From a virus, in the IMG/VR virus record IMGVR_UViG_3300043496_000175, positions 43,207 to 107,206 of that record: a stretch of DNA of 64,000 nucleotides. The stretch is one strand, 5' to 3'. The stretch's first letter is position 1, and every line of letters starts with the position of its first letter. Of this stretch, positions 1 to 10,556 are shown in pieces. The notes beneath the pieces were generated by a model. It was given only the letters and a program-made list of their open reading frames with translations, did not search any database and was not told the DNA's origin. The translations under genes were made by a program, and so were the position numbers.

Positions 1-58
1 GCATGGCCGCAGCTATGGCCACATGGCGGCGGAGTTGATGAGATGAGATGGAGATCAG

Positions 59-520
59 ATGGCGAGTAAGACGTTCCGCGTCGCAGTGCAGACGGAGAGA
101 ATCAGCTTCACGCTGGAGTACCTGCAGGGCGGCAAGCCCGCCAGCAAGGTGTTCAACTGCCGCCCCACCGTTCCGGTCGGGCTGATCCTGCAGTTCGCGG
201 ACATCGGCAGCATGAAGGACGAAGACGAATCGTCCGGTGCTGTGGCGATCGACATGATCAAGCAGCTCTACCAGGCCGCGATCGTGCCGGAAGAGTTCCC
301 GGCGTTCGAGGCACTTCTCGATGATCCCGACGCGGGCATCACCGTAGACATGTACTCCGAGATCGCTGGGTGGTTGGCCGGTGAGTACACGGCCCGCCCT
401 ACTGGAGAGAACTCGGAAAGTTCGCGACCAGCTTCCTCGTCTGGGACCGACTCGACGGTTGGTGCCTCTCCCGTGGTATTGAGCTACTCGAAGTCGGTGC
501 CAGTAGAGGCTTCGGCCTGA
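59..520 (+). CDS. tail assembly chaperone (gpG-like)
   Basis: 153-aa ORF just upstream of the tape measure gene; low-complexity tail after an RPT motif; overlapped by a start-less -1 frame ORF. Confidence 0.8.
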   Translation: MASKTFRVAVQTERISFTLEYLQGGKPASKVFNCRPTVPVGLILQFADIGSMKDEDESSGAVAIDMIKQLYQAAIVPEEFPAFEALLDDPDAGITVDMYSEIAGWLAGEYTARPTGENSESSRPASSSGTDSTVGASPVVLSYSKSVPVEASA

Positions 521-687
521 TCGAATACTGGATGGAAGACACCGGTGCGATCAGCAAGGAAGAGCACGAAGCCAGGGAGAACTTCCGTACTTCTCTGGTG
601 AGATTGGGTAAGCAGGTCACCGACCAGCAAGAGGGCAGGGGTCCAGACCTTTCGATGGTCCCACCGCATTTGGTGGGGAAGCGATAG
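397..687 (+). CDS. tail assembly chaperone frameshift extension (gpT-like), -1 frame
   Basis: Frame open from 385 to TAG 685-687 (PYWRELGKFATSFLVWDRLDGWCLSRGIELLEV...), no ATG until 532; fills the gap before the tape measure gene. Confidence 0.7.
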   Translation, partial: PYWRELGKFATSFLVWDRLDGWCLSRGIELLEVGASRGFGLIEYWMEDTGAISKEEHEARENFRTSLVRLGKQVTDQQEGRGPDLSMVPPHLVGKR

Positions 688-702
688 ATCGGAGGCACTG
701 CC

Positions 703-3700
703 ATGGTGGTCGTCGGAGAAGCGGTAGTTCGCCTTCGGGTGATCAGTGACCGCCTTGCCTCTGACATCCGCGAGGCCGTCAAAAAGGGCCTCTCCGACGC
801 CAACGCCGACATCGATGCCGAAGGTGAAAAGGCCGGTGACTCCTTCGGTGAAGGCGTCAAGAAGGGCATCCGCAAGCAGACCAAGAAAATCGGCAAGGAG
901 ATCGAGCTTACGGCTCGACGCTTCACGGCCGACGCCAGCGGTGTCATCGATGATGAGGGTGACCGGCTGGGCCGCCAGTTCACCACCTCCATCAGCAAGG
1001 GCCTGTCTGATAGCGGTGGCTGGGCGGAAGTAGTTCGAGTCACCCAGGAGAACTTCGAGCGGGTCTCCGAGAATGTCCGGACCGTCGGGGAAGACGCCGG
1101 GAAGTCCTACACCGACGGCGTCCGACGGCAGCTCACCGCCGGGATGAAGGAGATCGGTCCCGGCATTCAGGACGATGTTCGCCGCGCGTTCCACATGCGC
1201 CCCGGGGACATCGATGACGACGGCGAGATAGCCGCACAAGGCTTCGGGGACGGGATCGACAAGGGTCTCCGAAGCCGGTTCGCCAAGGTTCGGCAGTCCG
1301 TGGATGACATGGCCAATGACATGGCCTCGCGTCTCGGCAATAACTACAGGTCCTTCCAGGACTTCGGTTCAAAAGCTGCCACCAATGTCAGGGACTCCTT
1401 CAGGAATCAAATGAAGGAAGTCCGGCAGTCCATCAAGGACGAGTTCACCGGCATTACTCGTAACCTCCGGTTGGGGCTTCCAGACTTCGATCGAGTTGGA
1501 CGGGAAGCAGGGGAAGCAACTACCCGGGGTGTCCGCCGGGGCTTGCTGAGAGACCGCGCCACCATGTTCAAGGCCTTCTCCGGTCTTGGTGGCGACTTCA
1601 TGCGGCACTTCAACTTGGGTATCGGCGCGGCCCGTATGGGTCCGGCCATCATCTCCCTGGTCGCCCTCGCTGCCCCCTCGGTGCTGTCCGCCGCTGCCGG
1701 TCTGGCCACCGCGCTCGGTGCCCAGCTCGTCTCTGGTATCGCTGCTCTTGGTCCGGCAGTAGCAGGAGCCGGAGGTGTAGCGGCAGCAGGATTGGCCACT
1801 CTGGCATTGAACGTCGGCTTGGTGATGGCTGCATTCAAGGCCGGGAACCCTGAGATCGATGCGGCCACAGAGAAACTCAAAGGTCTTGGAAAAGTCCTGG
1901 GGACTCCGATCGCCAACGGCATGGCGAAGGGATTCACCTCCTTTGTCGATGATCTCGGATCCGTTCTTCCACAGATCAACGACCTGCTGGCCGAGACTGG
2001 CGCGGCGTTCGGCAGAGTCTTCACCAAACTCGGTGAGACGATCAAGAGCGGTGACAACCTGGATCGGATCAGAGGGATCCTGGCCACCAACAACTCGTTC
2101 ATCGACAAGTTCGGTGACGGTCTGGCTGGTCTCACCACTTCCTTCCTGATTCTGTGGGACGCGGCGAAGCCGTTTATCGATGCCATCGGCAACGCCATTG
2201 CACAGTTCGGGACCTGGGCTCAGGCCACGTTAGAGGCAAAGGAAGCCAACGGGGAACTGGCCTCCTTCATGGAGACCACCCTGGCCCGCTTCAAGGAGGT
2301 TGCCAGCTCCATCGGAGACGTGCTCGTCGGTCTCTACAACATCGGCAAAGCCGCTGAGCCGTTCGGCCGGTCCATGGGGGATCTCAGCGAAAAGTTCCGC
2401 GCCTGGACGGAGAGTGATACCGGTCAAGAGAAGATGACCAAGTTCTTCGAGAAGGCACACATCCTGGCCGGTGGCCTGGCAGACATGTTCTCCGGCATCG
2501 GCAGTGCATTCGCCAACGCCTTCATCAACATTGATCCCGGGCCGATCCTTGAAGTCTTCCGCATCATCGGGGACAAGATGGCCCCAGCACTGGCGGAGCT
2601 GTGGAACCAGGTGCAGTCCGGGGCTGGTCAGAACTTGGTCAAGATCTTCGATAACCTCGCCACCGCGCTGCAAAAGATCGCTGACAACGGCAGTTTCGAG
2701 ATCATCGCCAAGTTCATCTCGGACATGCTGGTCAAGATCAGCGAGTTCATTGCCTCCGACTTTGGAGCCACCATCGCTGGCTGGCTGATCCCACTGACGC
2801 TGTTTGGCGGGCTGTTCACCAGCCTCATCGGACCGATCACCACCGTGCTCGGACTGTTGTCTGGTCCGGCCTTGGCGGTGGCTGCCGTCATCGCTGCCAT
2901 TGCCGGGTTCTTCGTGTTGGTGTGGACGCAGTCCGAAGCCTTCCGGACCTCGATCGAAGGACTGGTCACCACCCTCGGTGGCACCTTCTCCAGCATCTGG
3001 GACGAGATATGGCCCAAGGTGCAGCGGCTGTGGGAAGTGGTTGTCAAGCTGGCGCAGGCGGTGGGTGATCGGCTCGGTCCAGTGATCGAGTTCCTGACCC
3101 CGATCATCGCTGCTGCGTTCGAGACCCTTGGCACCATCTTCGGTTTCATCATCGACCACGTCACCGAAGTGATCGACTTCGTCGCCAACATCCTCAATGG
3201 GGATTGGGCAGCAGCTTGGGACAACGTCGTCGCGATCGTGCAGAACGTCTGGGACCTGCTGGTGGACCTGTTCGGTGACATCATCGCCGGGATCGGTGAA
3301 TGGTTCGGCAAGATCCCAGAGGTTCTCGGCGGGGTTTGGGAGCGGATCGAGGACGGGGCGGTCAAGGCTTGGGAAGACTTGTTGACTTGGCTTGAGGGGA
3401 TCTGGAACGACATCGTTGCAGCAGCAACACAGATCTGGAGTAATATCACTGGCTTCTTCTCAGGCATCTGGAACGACATTGTTGTTGCAGCAGAACAAGT
3501 TTGGACCAACATCACTGACTCCTTCTCCAAGGGCTGGGAAGGATTGAAGTCGTTCTTCTCCACTTTGGGGGGAGAGTTGCGGAAGATCTGGGATGTGATC
3601 TGGGCATTCGCTGTATTGCCGTTGGAGATCACCTGGAACCTGATCATGCTGATCTGGAACGGGATCAAGGACGGCCTGTTCGAGGCGTGGAACTGGATCA

Positions 3701-5037
3701 AGACCAAGGCCGAAGAGATCTGGAACGGGATCAAGGACTTCTTCGGCGGCATCTGGAACGGTGTCTCTGAAGCAGCCACTGAGGCCTGGGACATCATCAC
3801 CACTGAGCTGTCCGAGAAGTGGGAGGGTGTCAAGACCAAGGCGTCGGAGATCTGGAATGGGATCACCGAGTTCTTCTCTGGTATCTGGGATGGCATTGCC
3901 ACCAAGGCATCTGAGGTGTGGGAGACCGTCTCCACCTTCCTGTCGGAGAAGTGGGAGAGTATCCGTCTCGCGGCCGAGACAGCCTGGAACACCATCACCA
4001 CGTTCTTCGCCGGTATCTGGGACGGTATCTCTGCCAAGGCCAGTGAGGTGTGGGACACGATCACCACCTTCCTCAGTGAGAAGTGGGAAGGGATCAGGGT
4101 TGCCGCTGAAACGGTCTGGAACACTGTCTCAACCTTCTTCACCACCAAGTGGAACGAGATCTCAGCTACCTTCCATTCGATCGTTGATCCCCTGGTTGAT
4201 TGGCTTGGGCAGCGGTGGAACGACATCAAGGCTGCAGCGGAGACAGTCTGGAACAACATTTCGTCGTTCTTCTCGACCAAGTGGACTGAGATCACCAACA
4301 TCTTCCACACTGCAGTGGAAGCGGTGAAACAATGGCTCTCTGATCGCTGGGAAGACATCAAGAGCGCTGCGCAGACGGCGTGGGACACTCTTTCTGGTCT
4401 TGCACGTACAGCCTGGGAGAACGTCAGTAAGGCCATTCATGAGGTTGTGGATCCGATTCTCGGATGGCTGTCCGAGCGTTGGGAAGACATCAAGAGCGCC
4501 GTCACCACAGCGTTCGATGCTCTTGCTGGCCCGGTACGTGCTGCGTGGGACGCGGTTTACAGTGCCATCGTGGAGCCAGTTGTCAACGCTTTCACTACTT
4601 TGAACGGGTGGATCACTAGCATCAAGGAACTGATCCAAGGAGCTTGGGACTTCGTCACCGGCAAGGTGGACGACATCAACGCCAAGATCGGTGAGGCTGC
4701 CACAGCGCAAGCTGAGTTCAACGCTGCGCACCCCGGAGGAGACGCTGGTATCTTCGCACCAGCCGCTGCCGAAGGCGGCATCCTCCGCCCAACGCCGGGT
4801 GGACAGATGGTGCGCGTGGCGGAGGCCGGGCAGGCCGAACGTATCGAGCCACTGGATGCCACCGGCCTGTCGCAGCGTGACCACGCCATCATCGAGAAAC
4901 TCAGCGGAGCTGTCGGCGGCGGCAACACCATCATCGTCAAGATCGGGGAGACCGAGCTGACTCAGATCGTTGACACCCGCGTCGTCCGAAACAATGAGCG
5001 CACGGGCAGAAGCCTGCGGAACGGAGTGCGGGTCTGA
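703..5037 (+). CDS. tape measure protein
   Basis: 1444 aa, Ala/Gly-rich; Trp-periodic repeats; C-terminal AEGG...VAEAG..E.I.PL motif; synteny. Confidence 0.95.
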   Translation: MVVVGEAVVRLRVISDRLASDIREAVKKGLSDANADIDAEGEKAGDSFGEGVKKGIRKQTKKIGKEIELTARRFTADASGVIDDEGDRLGRQFTTSISKGLSDSGGWAEVVRVTQENFERVSENVRTVGEDAGKSYTDGVRRQLTAGMKEIGPGIQDDVRRAFHMRPGDIDDDGEIAAQGFGDGIDKGLRSRFAKVRQSVDDMANDMASRLGNNYRSFQDFGSKAATNVRDSFRNQMKEVRQSIKDEFTGITRNLRLGLPDFDRVGREAGEATTRGVRRGLLRDRATMFKAFSGLGGDFMRHFNLGIGAARMGPAIISLVALAAPSVLSAAAGLATALGAQLVSGIAALGPAVAGAGGVAAAGLATLALNVGLVMAAFKAGNPEIDAATEKLKGLGKVLGTPIANGMAKGFTSFVDDLGSVLPQINDLLAETGAAFGRVFTKLGETIKSGDNLDRIRGILATNNSFIDKFGDGLAGLTTSFLILWDAAKPFIDAIGNAIAQFGTWAQATLEAKEANGELASFMETTLARFKEVASSIGDVLVGLYNIGKAAEPFGRSMGDLSEKFRAWTESDTGQEKMTKFFEKAHILAGGLADMFSGIGSAFANAFINIDPGPILEVFRIIGDKMAPALAELWNQVQSGAGQNLVKIFDNLATALQKIADNGSFEIIAKFISDMLVKISEFIASDFGATIAGWLIPLTLFGGLFTSLIGPITTVLGLLSGPALAVAAVIAAIAGFFVLVWTQSEAFRTSIEGLVTTLGGTFSSIWDEIWPKVQRLWEVVVKLAQAVGDRLGPVIEFLTPIIAAAFETLGTIFGFIIDHVTEVIDFVANILNGDWAAAWDNVVAIVQNVWDLLVDLFGDIIAGIGEWFGKIPEVLGGVWERIEDGAVKAWEDLLTWLEGIWNDIVAAATQIWSNITGFFSGIWNDIVVAAEQVWTNITDSFSKGWEGLKSFFSTLGGELRKIWDVIWAFAVLPLEITWNLIMLIWNGIKDGLFEAWNWIKTKAEEIWNGIKDFFGGIWNGVSEAATEAWDIITTELSEKWEGVKTKASEIWNGITEFFSGIWDGIATKASEVWETVSTFLSEKWESIRLAAETAWNTITTFFAGIWDGISAKASEVWDTITTFLSEKWEGIRVAAETVWNTVSTFFTTKWNEISATFHSIVDPLVDWLGQRWNDIKAAAETVWNNISSFFSTKWTEITNIFHTAVEAVKQWLSDRWEDIKSAAQTAWDTLSGLARTAWENVSKAIHEVVDPILGWLSERWEDIKSAVTTAFDALAGPVRAAWDAVYSAIVEPVVNAFTTLNGWITSIKELIQGAWDFVTGKVDDINAKIGEAATAQAEFNAAHPGGDAGIFAPAAAEGGILRPTPGGQMVRVAEAGQAERIEPLDATGLSQRDHAIIEKLSGAVGGGNTIIVKIGETELTQIVDTRVVRNNERTGRSLRNGVRV
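3701..4500 (+). repeat. degenerate 132-bp (44-aa, 4x11) coding repeats in tape measure
   Basis: agaccaagg recurs at 3701 and 3833; SEKWE..(K/R)..A...WN units; end coordinate approximate. Confidence 0.8.
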
Positions 5038-6587
5038 TGCTAAGGATTGACAAGACCGAGATCAGGGGTCTGGTACGGGTATCAGGCATCGTCCCCAACG
5101 GAACACTGCGCGTGGAACGTTCAGTTCCGGGATCGGCACCGTTCGTGCTGCGGAACGCCGGTTCGATCATCGTGACTGACCAGGGGTTCTCCCTGGAAGA
5201 CAGTGAGGCACCCATAGGGGTGCCGGTCACCTACACAGCGTTTGACCGGCCCGGGGTGTGGCCAGGAGAGCACCTCGATGAGCGTCTGGTGCAACGGAAC
5301 TACGTTCTCACTCCGACGCTGTCTCATGGTCAGCAGAGCTGGACACCGGGAGCGGCCAGAACCTTCAGCATCAGTGGAGCCAACGGATTAATCGGAGCCA
5401 ACGCCAGCGGCACCGGTATCAGTGGCCGGACAATCGCGGAAGTCGGTGTCGCGCAACTGAAATCAAACACCACTTACTTGGTAACCGGGTTGGTGAAGTT
5501 CAAGACACCTGATGTTTGGACCTGGCAGGACGTGAAGAGTTTCGGAACTTGGGCTGCGGTAAAAGCTGCCAAAGCCAACTGGCAGGCTGTCATGTCTTCG
5601 GTTCCCAGTGGCACATCCGGGACGGACCTGGCTCAGATGTCGATCAGCCTGTCCAACGGGACCACGGATTATGTGACTCCTGTTGTGGCGTACACGATCC
5701 CCCTGTCCCGTAGTAACGAGTTTGTGCATGTTTCGATCATGTTCACCACCCCGTTCACCATCCCACCGAGTGCCCGGCTGCGGCTGCTCCATGGGACCAG
5801 CACCCGTGAGAAGTCGATGACGTGGGAGGTCACCCAGTTTTCCATCATGACCGCCGCTGATGCTGCCAAGGAGTGGCGTCTGGCATACATGGACGGGGAC
5901 ACCCCGGTCCCGCCGCGAGCAGCGGATTACATCGTGCAGAACAATGATTGGGAAGACCGGAGCGGAGACGCTTACATCGTCTGGGATGGGGTGCCTGGTA
6001 ACTCCGGTTCCAGATTCATGGGTCCGTCGTACATCTCAACTTCTGCTACTACGACGCTTTACCCTCCGACTGGTACCCCGTGCTCTCCGGTGCTGCTATC
6101 GGATCCGGTTAACAGTGCGCTGGCACTGTGGTTTGGGCTGGCCGCGATCGATGACCTCAACTATGCCGCCAGAGCTGCCATCTTGTCGGTGATCAATCGG
6201 CCGGACTACATCAACTCTTCCTCGGTGCGGCAGACCGCTGATGGCGGGATCCAGTTGTTCACCAACACGCTGAAGGAACGGAGCGTGGCGCTGACCCTGT
6301 TCCGTCCTGGCCGAGTACTGCTGCTGCGGAACCCTGATCCGGCTTACCCCGAGAACATGTGGTACCTGGGGATCGGCAATGTCACCGAGAGCCGCACCAT
6401 CGGTGATGATGCCCGGCGGCCAGAACGGACCTGGGACGTGCCATTCGCCGTGGTGGAACGGCCAACCGGTCTGATTGAAGCCAGTTCCGGAACTACCTGG
6501 CAGCAGATCAAGAACTCGGGCAAGACCTGGGCAGATCTGCGAGTTGATCACGCTGACTGGCTGGCTGTTACTTTGGACGCTCCATGA
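5037..6587 (+). CDS. minor tail protein (distal-tail position)
   Basis: TGATG overlap with tape measure; beta-rich; TWQ..K...TW motifs. Confidence 0.75.
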   Translation: MLRIDKTEIRGLVRVSGIVPNGTLRVERSVPGSAPFVLRNAGSIIVTDQGFSLEDSEAPIGVPVTYTAFDRPGVWPGEHLDERLVQRNYVLTPTLSHGQQSWTPGAARTFSISGANGLIGANASGTGISGRTIAEVGVAQLKSNTTYLVTGLVKFKTPDVWTWQDVKSFGTWAAVKAAKANWQAVMSSVPSGTSGTDLAQMSISLSNGTTDYVTPVVAYTIPLSRSNEFVHVSIMFTTPFTIPPSARLRLLHGTSTREKSMTWEVTQFSIMTAADAAKEWRLAYMDGDTPVPPRAADYIVQNNDWEDRSGDAYIVWDGVPGNSGSRFMGPSYISTSATTTLYPPTGTPCSPVLLSDPVNSALALWFGLAAIDDLNYAARAAILSVINRPDYINSSSVRQTADGGIQLFTNTLKERSVALTLFRPGRVLLLRNPDPAYPENMWYLGIGNVTESRTIGDDARRPERTWDVPFAVVERPTGLIEASSGTTWQQIKNSGKTWADLRVDHADWLAVTLDAP

Positions 6588-7690
6588 TCAAATGTTCTCA
6601 GCTTTTGAGAGACTCCGCTGCCTACTCGCAGACCACCAAGCTCGTGGTGGACATTCTGCAAGGCAACACGGTGGTGTTCCCGGACGTCCCGGTACTACCT
6701 GGATCCTGCAAGATCTCCCAGGACCGAGGGTCCAAGACCAGGATGACGTGTGACGTCTCAGTGATCCTGGCCAACCGTCCAGATCTGAACATCACCAACA
6801 CTTCTCACCGATTCTCAGTGCGGCGGGGGTTCCAGAGCCTGGGAGTGGCGGAGACGATCAAGCACGGGATCTTCCGGATCGATGACATCAATTACAACGA
6901 CGACGGCACCATCGACATCGCCGGATCCGGCCTTGAGGCCTACGTTATCGATGCCCGATTCCCGACTCCACGCACTCCTCCCTACGGGCTGTCAACGATC
7001 GAGTACATCAAGACGTTGATCACCGAAGTGCTTCCAGGGCAGATGATCTCGGTGGAATGCTCTAAAGACAAAATCATTCAAGCGCGGGCTCCTTGGAAGT
7101 TGGAGCGGTGGGACGCGATCGAATCCTTGGCGCAGAGCATCGAAGCTGAAGTCTTCGCTGACTACCGGGGTCTCTTCGTTATCCGGGACATTCCCACGGT
7201 TGCCCCTGATCGCCCAGCGGTCTACACCATCAGAGAAGGTGTAGGCGGCACGCTGATGGGACGGAAACGGAAGGTAAGCCGGGACAAGGTCTACAACGCC
7301 ATGGTGTGTTCCGGGCAGTCCTCGGATCAAAAGGTCCCGCCGGTGTGGGCGATGGCGATCGACAACGACCCCACCAGCCCAACCTATTACTACGGCCCGT
7401 TCGGTCAGGTGCCAAAGTTTTTCTCTTCACAGTTTTTCACTACCTACGACCAGTGCCTGGCATCAGCCAAGCGGCAACTGGTGGAAGCGCTCGGAGCTAA
7501 CGAGCAGCTGTCAGTACAAGCGCTTCCGCTGACGTTCCTCGAACCGGGAGACCTGATCAACGTTGAAGTCACCAAAGGCGTGATGCTTCGCCGGATCTTG
7601 GAGAAAATCTCGTTCGTGGCGGACTATGACGCAGCCGTGGACATCGACACGCTGTCACCCAAAGATCTCTCAGAGGTGGAGGAAGGATGA
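6584..7690 (+). CDS. minor tail protein (baseplate hub/Tal-like, DUF5047-like)
   Basis: GIFRID, VYNAMV, PTYYYGPFGQVPKFFSS and LEPGD motifs typical of actinophage hub proteins. Confidence 0.8.
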   Translation: MIKCSQLLRDSAAYSQTTKLVVDILQGNTVVFPDVPVLPGSCKISQDRGSKTRMTCDVSVILANRPDLNITNTSHRFSVRRGFQSLGVAETIKHGIFRIDDINYNDDGTIDIAGSGLEAYVIDARFPTPRTPPYGLSTIEYIKTLITEVLPGQMISVECSKDKIIQARAPWKLERWDAIESLAQSIEAEVFADYRGLFVIRDIPTVAPDRPAVYTIREGVGGTLMGRKRKVSRDKVYNAMVCSGQSSDQKVPPVWAMAIDNDPTSPTYYYGPFGQVPKFFSSQFFTTYDQCLASAKRQLVEALGANEQLSVQALPLTFLEPGDLINVEVTKGVMLRRILEKISFVADYDAAVDIDTLSPKDLSEVEEG

Positions 7691-8382
7691 GTCTTTACCT
7701 CACCCAACTCGCCGCCATGGGCGGTCCGAAGCTGGAATGGATCCAGGCCCGGGTCTTCTCCATCATCGGCGGGGACATCACGTTGACCTACGGCAACGGG
7801 CAAATTCGGTTCGCTGCTTGTCTGGCGTCCTACACGCCCGTGGCGGGTGACTACGTGCACTGCTTGAGTTTGGAAGGCCAAGGCGTACTGATCTTGGGGA
7901 AGGCCAGTGCTACCGGGTCCACGCCGCCGCCGGAAATTGCCCAGGCACCGGTGGTCTACACACCAGTGAGTCTGGCTACCTGGGATGCCACCTTCAATAC
8001 GTGGGTACCCGATACGTTGCTGCAGGGACCCACCACCACGGGCATCTGGTTCTACTCCCCCACCACATTTGCCTCCATGGCAGGCAAGACCATTCAGAAG
8101 GCCGAACTGGAAGTCACGAGGACCTCCGGCGGTCCGTTGGAGATCACCCCACACCTGATCAGCAACACTACTGGCGGTCTTGTGCTGTCAGACGATCCAC
8201 CGATTCTGCCCACGGACCCTGCTGCCAACGTGGCCACCTGGGTCCCGATCCCCTTGGGCTGGGCAACTGACCTGGTCAATGGCACCATCAAGGGATTCGC
8301 CATCACCGCTAGCTACGAACAGACCGGTGTTTACTCCGGCGGTGGCAGGGTGCGTTTGACGCCGCTATCTGTGACGATATGA
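7687..8382 (+). CDS. minor tail protein
   Basis: N-terminal LASYTPVAGD.V....G..LILG OB-like spike motif; synteny. Confidence 0.7.
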   Translation: MSLYLTQLAAMGGPKLEWIQARVFSIIGGDITLTYGNGQIRFAACLASYTPVAGDYVHCLSLEGQGVLILGKASATGSTPPPEIAQAPVVYTPVSLATWDATFNTWVPDTLLQGPTTTGIWFYSPTTFASMAGKTIQKAELEVTRTSGGPLEITPHLISNTTGGLVLSDDPPILPTDPAANVATWVPIPLGWATDLVNGTIKGFAITASYEQTGVYSGGGRVRLTPLSVTI

Positions 8383-8403
8383 GTATTGACGGAAGGAACC
8401 ACC

Positions 8404-9147
8404 ATGAAGCTGCTTGAGGCCGCGCAGGTCAACCAGGGGTCCGAGCGTTGGACCAGTGGGTACAACTCCACGGCGCGGGAGTGTGGTGTCAACCTGCGGC
8501 TCACCGATGCCTGCGAAGAGACCAGCGTTGACCTGGTGGGCACCGATGCATCCGAAGCCAGCGCGTACCACGTCAATCCGTTCTCCATCGAGGCCCAGCT
8601 CAACCGCAGCGTGCTGTGTGAGCGGCCGGATGACCAGGCATGGGTGGAGAAGGCACTGGAAGCCAACCTCGAATACCCGCTGAGTCGGGCCCTGGTGATC
8701 CAGCCGATCGCTGAGACGGATTCCTGGCTCAACCACGCCGACGTCCAAGAGGTTGCTCTGGCTGGGAACACCGCAGACAACTACCGGACAGCCGTGGTGG
8801 CCGCCCGCAAGCTCTGGTACGAATCAGTCCTGAGCCTGGAGGGCCAGCCGATCTTCCACGTCCCGCCGAGCATCGCGCCGATCCTGGTCACCGCCGGTGT
8901 CCTGCAGATCGACGGCGGAGGCAAGGCCGTCACCATCTGGGGTGAACCGGTGGTGATCTCCAACGGCTATGAGATGAGCACACCACGGGCGTTCTTCACC
9001 GGGCCGATCAAGATCGAGTACACCTCGGTGCAGAGCAACGACATCCTGCGGCACGCCCGGATGAACAATTCCTCCATCGTGGCCAACGTCCTGGCCATCG
9101 TGGACACACCGCCGTGCGCCATCGTCCGAATTGGTGACTACGCCTAA
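8404..9147 (+). CDS. virion protein resembling major capsid pentamer protein (HK97-like)
   Basis: GGAAGGA SD before ATG 8404; motifs PF.I, G..IFH, T.WG.PVV..GY, TGPI and terminal N...A...D..C. Confidence 0.45.
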   Translation: MKLLEAAQVNQGSERWTSGYNSTARECGVNLRLTDACEETSVDLVGTDASEASAYHVNPFSIEAQLNRSVLCERPDDQAWVEKALEANLEYPLSRALVIQPIAETDSWLNHADVQEVALAGNTADNYRTAVVAARKLWYESVLSLEGQPIFHVPPSIAPILVTAGVLQIDGGGKAVTIWGEPVVISNGYEMSTPRAFFTGPIKIEYTSVQSNDILRHARMNNSSIVANVLAIVDTPPCAIVRIGDYA

Positions 9148-9176
9148 CTGTTGATCGAAACCGCTATACTCCGAAC

Positions 9177-9434
9177 ATGTTGAAGGCCATCGCCCCTCGT
9201 GAGAAGCCCTTCAACAAGGGACCCAGGACGCCGGTGGATCACATGATCATCCAGGTGCTGACCGAGAACGGCCCATCCGAACCGCGCACCATCCGGGATC
9301 TGATTCCGGATTCGGACCTGCAGTACATCCATGCACGGTTACGGCGGATGGTCAGTCGCGGGGCGATCCAGCAGGTCAAGACTCCTGGTGGCCCGCGCCG
9401 GGGCCCGGGATCCAGTCTCTACCAGCTGCCATGA
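9177..9434 (+). CDS. small winged-HTH DNA-binding protein
   Basis: Basic 85 aa with helix pattern and wing (..LY.L); TATACT 6 nt before ATG suggests a leaderless mRNA. Confidence 0.5.
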   Translation: MLKAIAPREKPFNKGPRTPVDHMIIQVLTENGPSEPRTIRDLIPDSDLQYIHARLRRMVSRGAIQQVKTPGGPRRGPGSSLYQLP

Positions 9435-9904
9435 TCCGCACCGTCAGGGACGGGGAGCGGATCCTGCGATTCGAGGCTGACGTTATCGCCACCGCCAGCT
9501 CACATCGGCCAGGTGCACCGCGCTGGAGTGAGCTGGTGGTGTACCGGCTGCCGAGCCAGCAGTACGTCATCTCGAAGATAGGCCGATCGGTACTCGCGCA
9601 CCGGCCGGACTGTGTCCGTGTCACCGGAGAGATGCCTACCTGGCTGGAAGCCGGGGAAGAGGCTCGCGTGCATCGCGAGCCCTGCCTTGAGTGCATGCCG
9701 GACGTCGGGGACGCCATGGACCCACAAACCGTGCTGGAAGCCACCAGGTCCAAAGTTCTTCAAGCCAGGGACCCAGAACACCTGTATCGCGCCCTGATGA
9801 ACAACAGAACCGGACGCCCTGCTCCAATCGTGTCATCAGTCCTACGGCAGCTCCGTGATCATGACTCTGCGTTCGCAGATTGGTCCGCTGTAACAAGCGT
9901 GTAG
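9431..9904 (+). CDS. hypothetical protein (possible Zn-binding)
   Basis: ATGA overlap; RWSEL..Y motif; H..C and CxxC. Confidence 0.6.
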   Translation: MIRTVRDGERILRFEADVIATASSHRPGAPRWSELVVYRLPSQQYVISKIGRSVLAHRPDCVRVTGEMPTWLEAGEEARVHREPCLECMPDVGDAMDPQTVLEATRSKVLQARDPEHLYRALMNNRTGRPAPIVSSVLRQLRDHDSAFADWSAVTSV

Positions 9905-9962
9905 CTGCCAGTAATCAGGGATACTTCGGCTGAAGACTTGTTTCAATGTCGAAGGAGCGCCA

Positions 9963-10556
9963 ATGGGCCGCATACGACGCTTCATTTTCGGCCAGCCGGG
10001 GTGGTCCGACTACCTCTTCCAGATACCTCCTAAGCAACCGGACGCCAGAGCCGTTTACCTCGCCGGGACTGGTTTGATCACCGCGATCCGGGGTGCGCAG
10101 ACGGTGTGGGGCCAACCACCGCAAGCCTGGCTGTTTGTAGAACTTGGCTCGGTGTTCGTGCTGTTCTGGGGATGGGTCTGGATTGCGGTAGGTGTCATCA
10201 CTCTTTTGGTGGCTGCCACGGGGCACCGACACCCCGACTGGGATCGACTCAGTGCATTCAGCATGCTGATGCTCTGGTTCGTCTGGGGTCTGATCTACCT
10301 AGTTAGCGCATGGTTGGCTCCAACGAGTGACCGAAGGCTCATTGACCTGTATGCCGGTCTCGGGTTAATTTTCACGGGAATCATTCTGTCAGCCGGTGTT
10401 ATCCAGGGCCTACGGAAGACTCACGAGATCTACCTGCGAGAGCAGTCCGAGAAGGCCCGGCGGGATCTTGAAGTCACTCTCATCGAGGTGACCAAGGAGA
10501 ACGAGAGGCTCCGCTTGGACTGTGAGCACCTACGCAGGCCGGAGGTCGAGCTGTGA
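9963..10556 (+). CDS. membrane protein (about 4 TM), lysis module
   Basis: Hydrophobic segments plus C-terminal coiled coil; AAGGAG SD. Confidence 0.7.
   Translation: MGRIRRFIFGQPGWSDYLFQIPPKQPDARAVYLAGTGLITAIRGAQTVWGQPPQAWLFVELGSVFVLFWGWVWIAVGVITLLVAATGHRHPDWDRLSAFSMLMLWFVWGLIYLVSAWLAPTSDRRLIDLYAGLGLIFTGIILSAGVIQGLRKTHEIYLREQSEKARRDLEVTLIEVTKENERLRLDCEHLRRPEVEL

Noticed and set aside
2628-4436. 602-aa antisense ORF, and many similar long overlapping ORFs
   Set aside because: Shadow frames expected from high-GC codon bias opposite well-supported genes.
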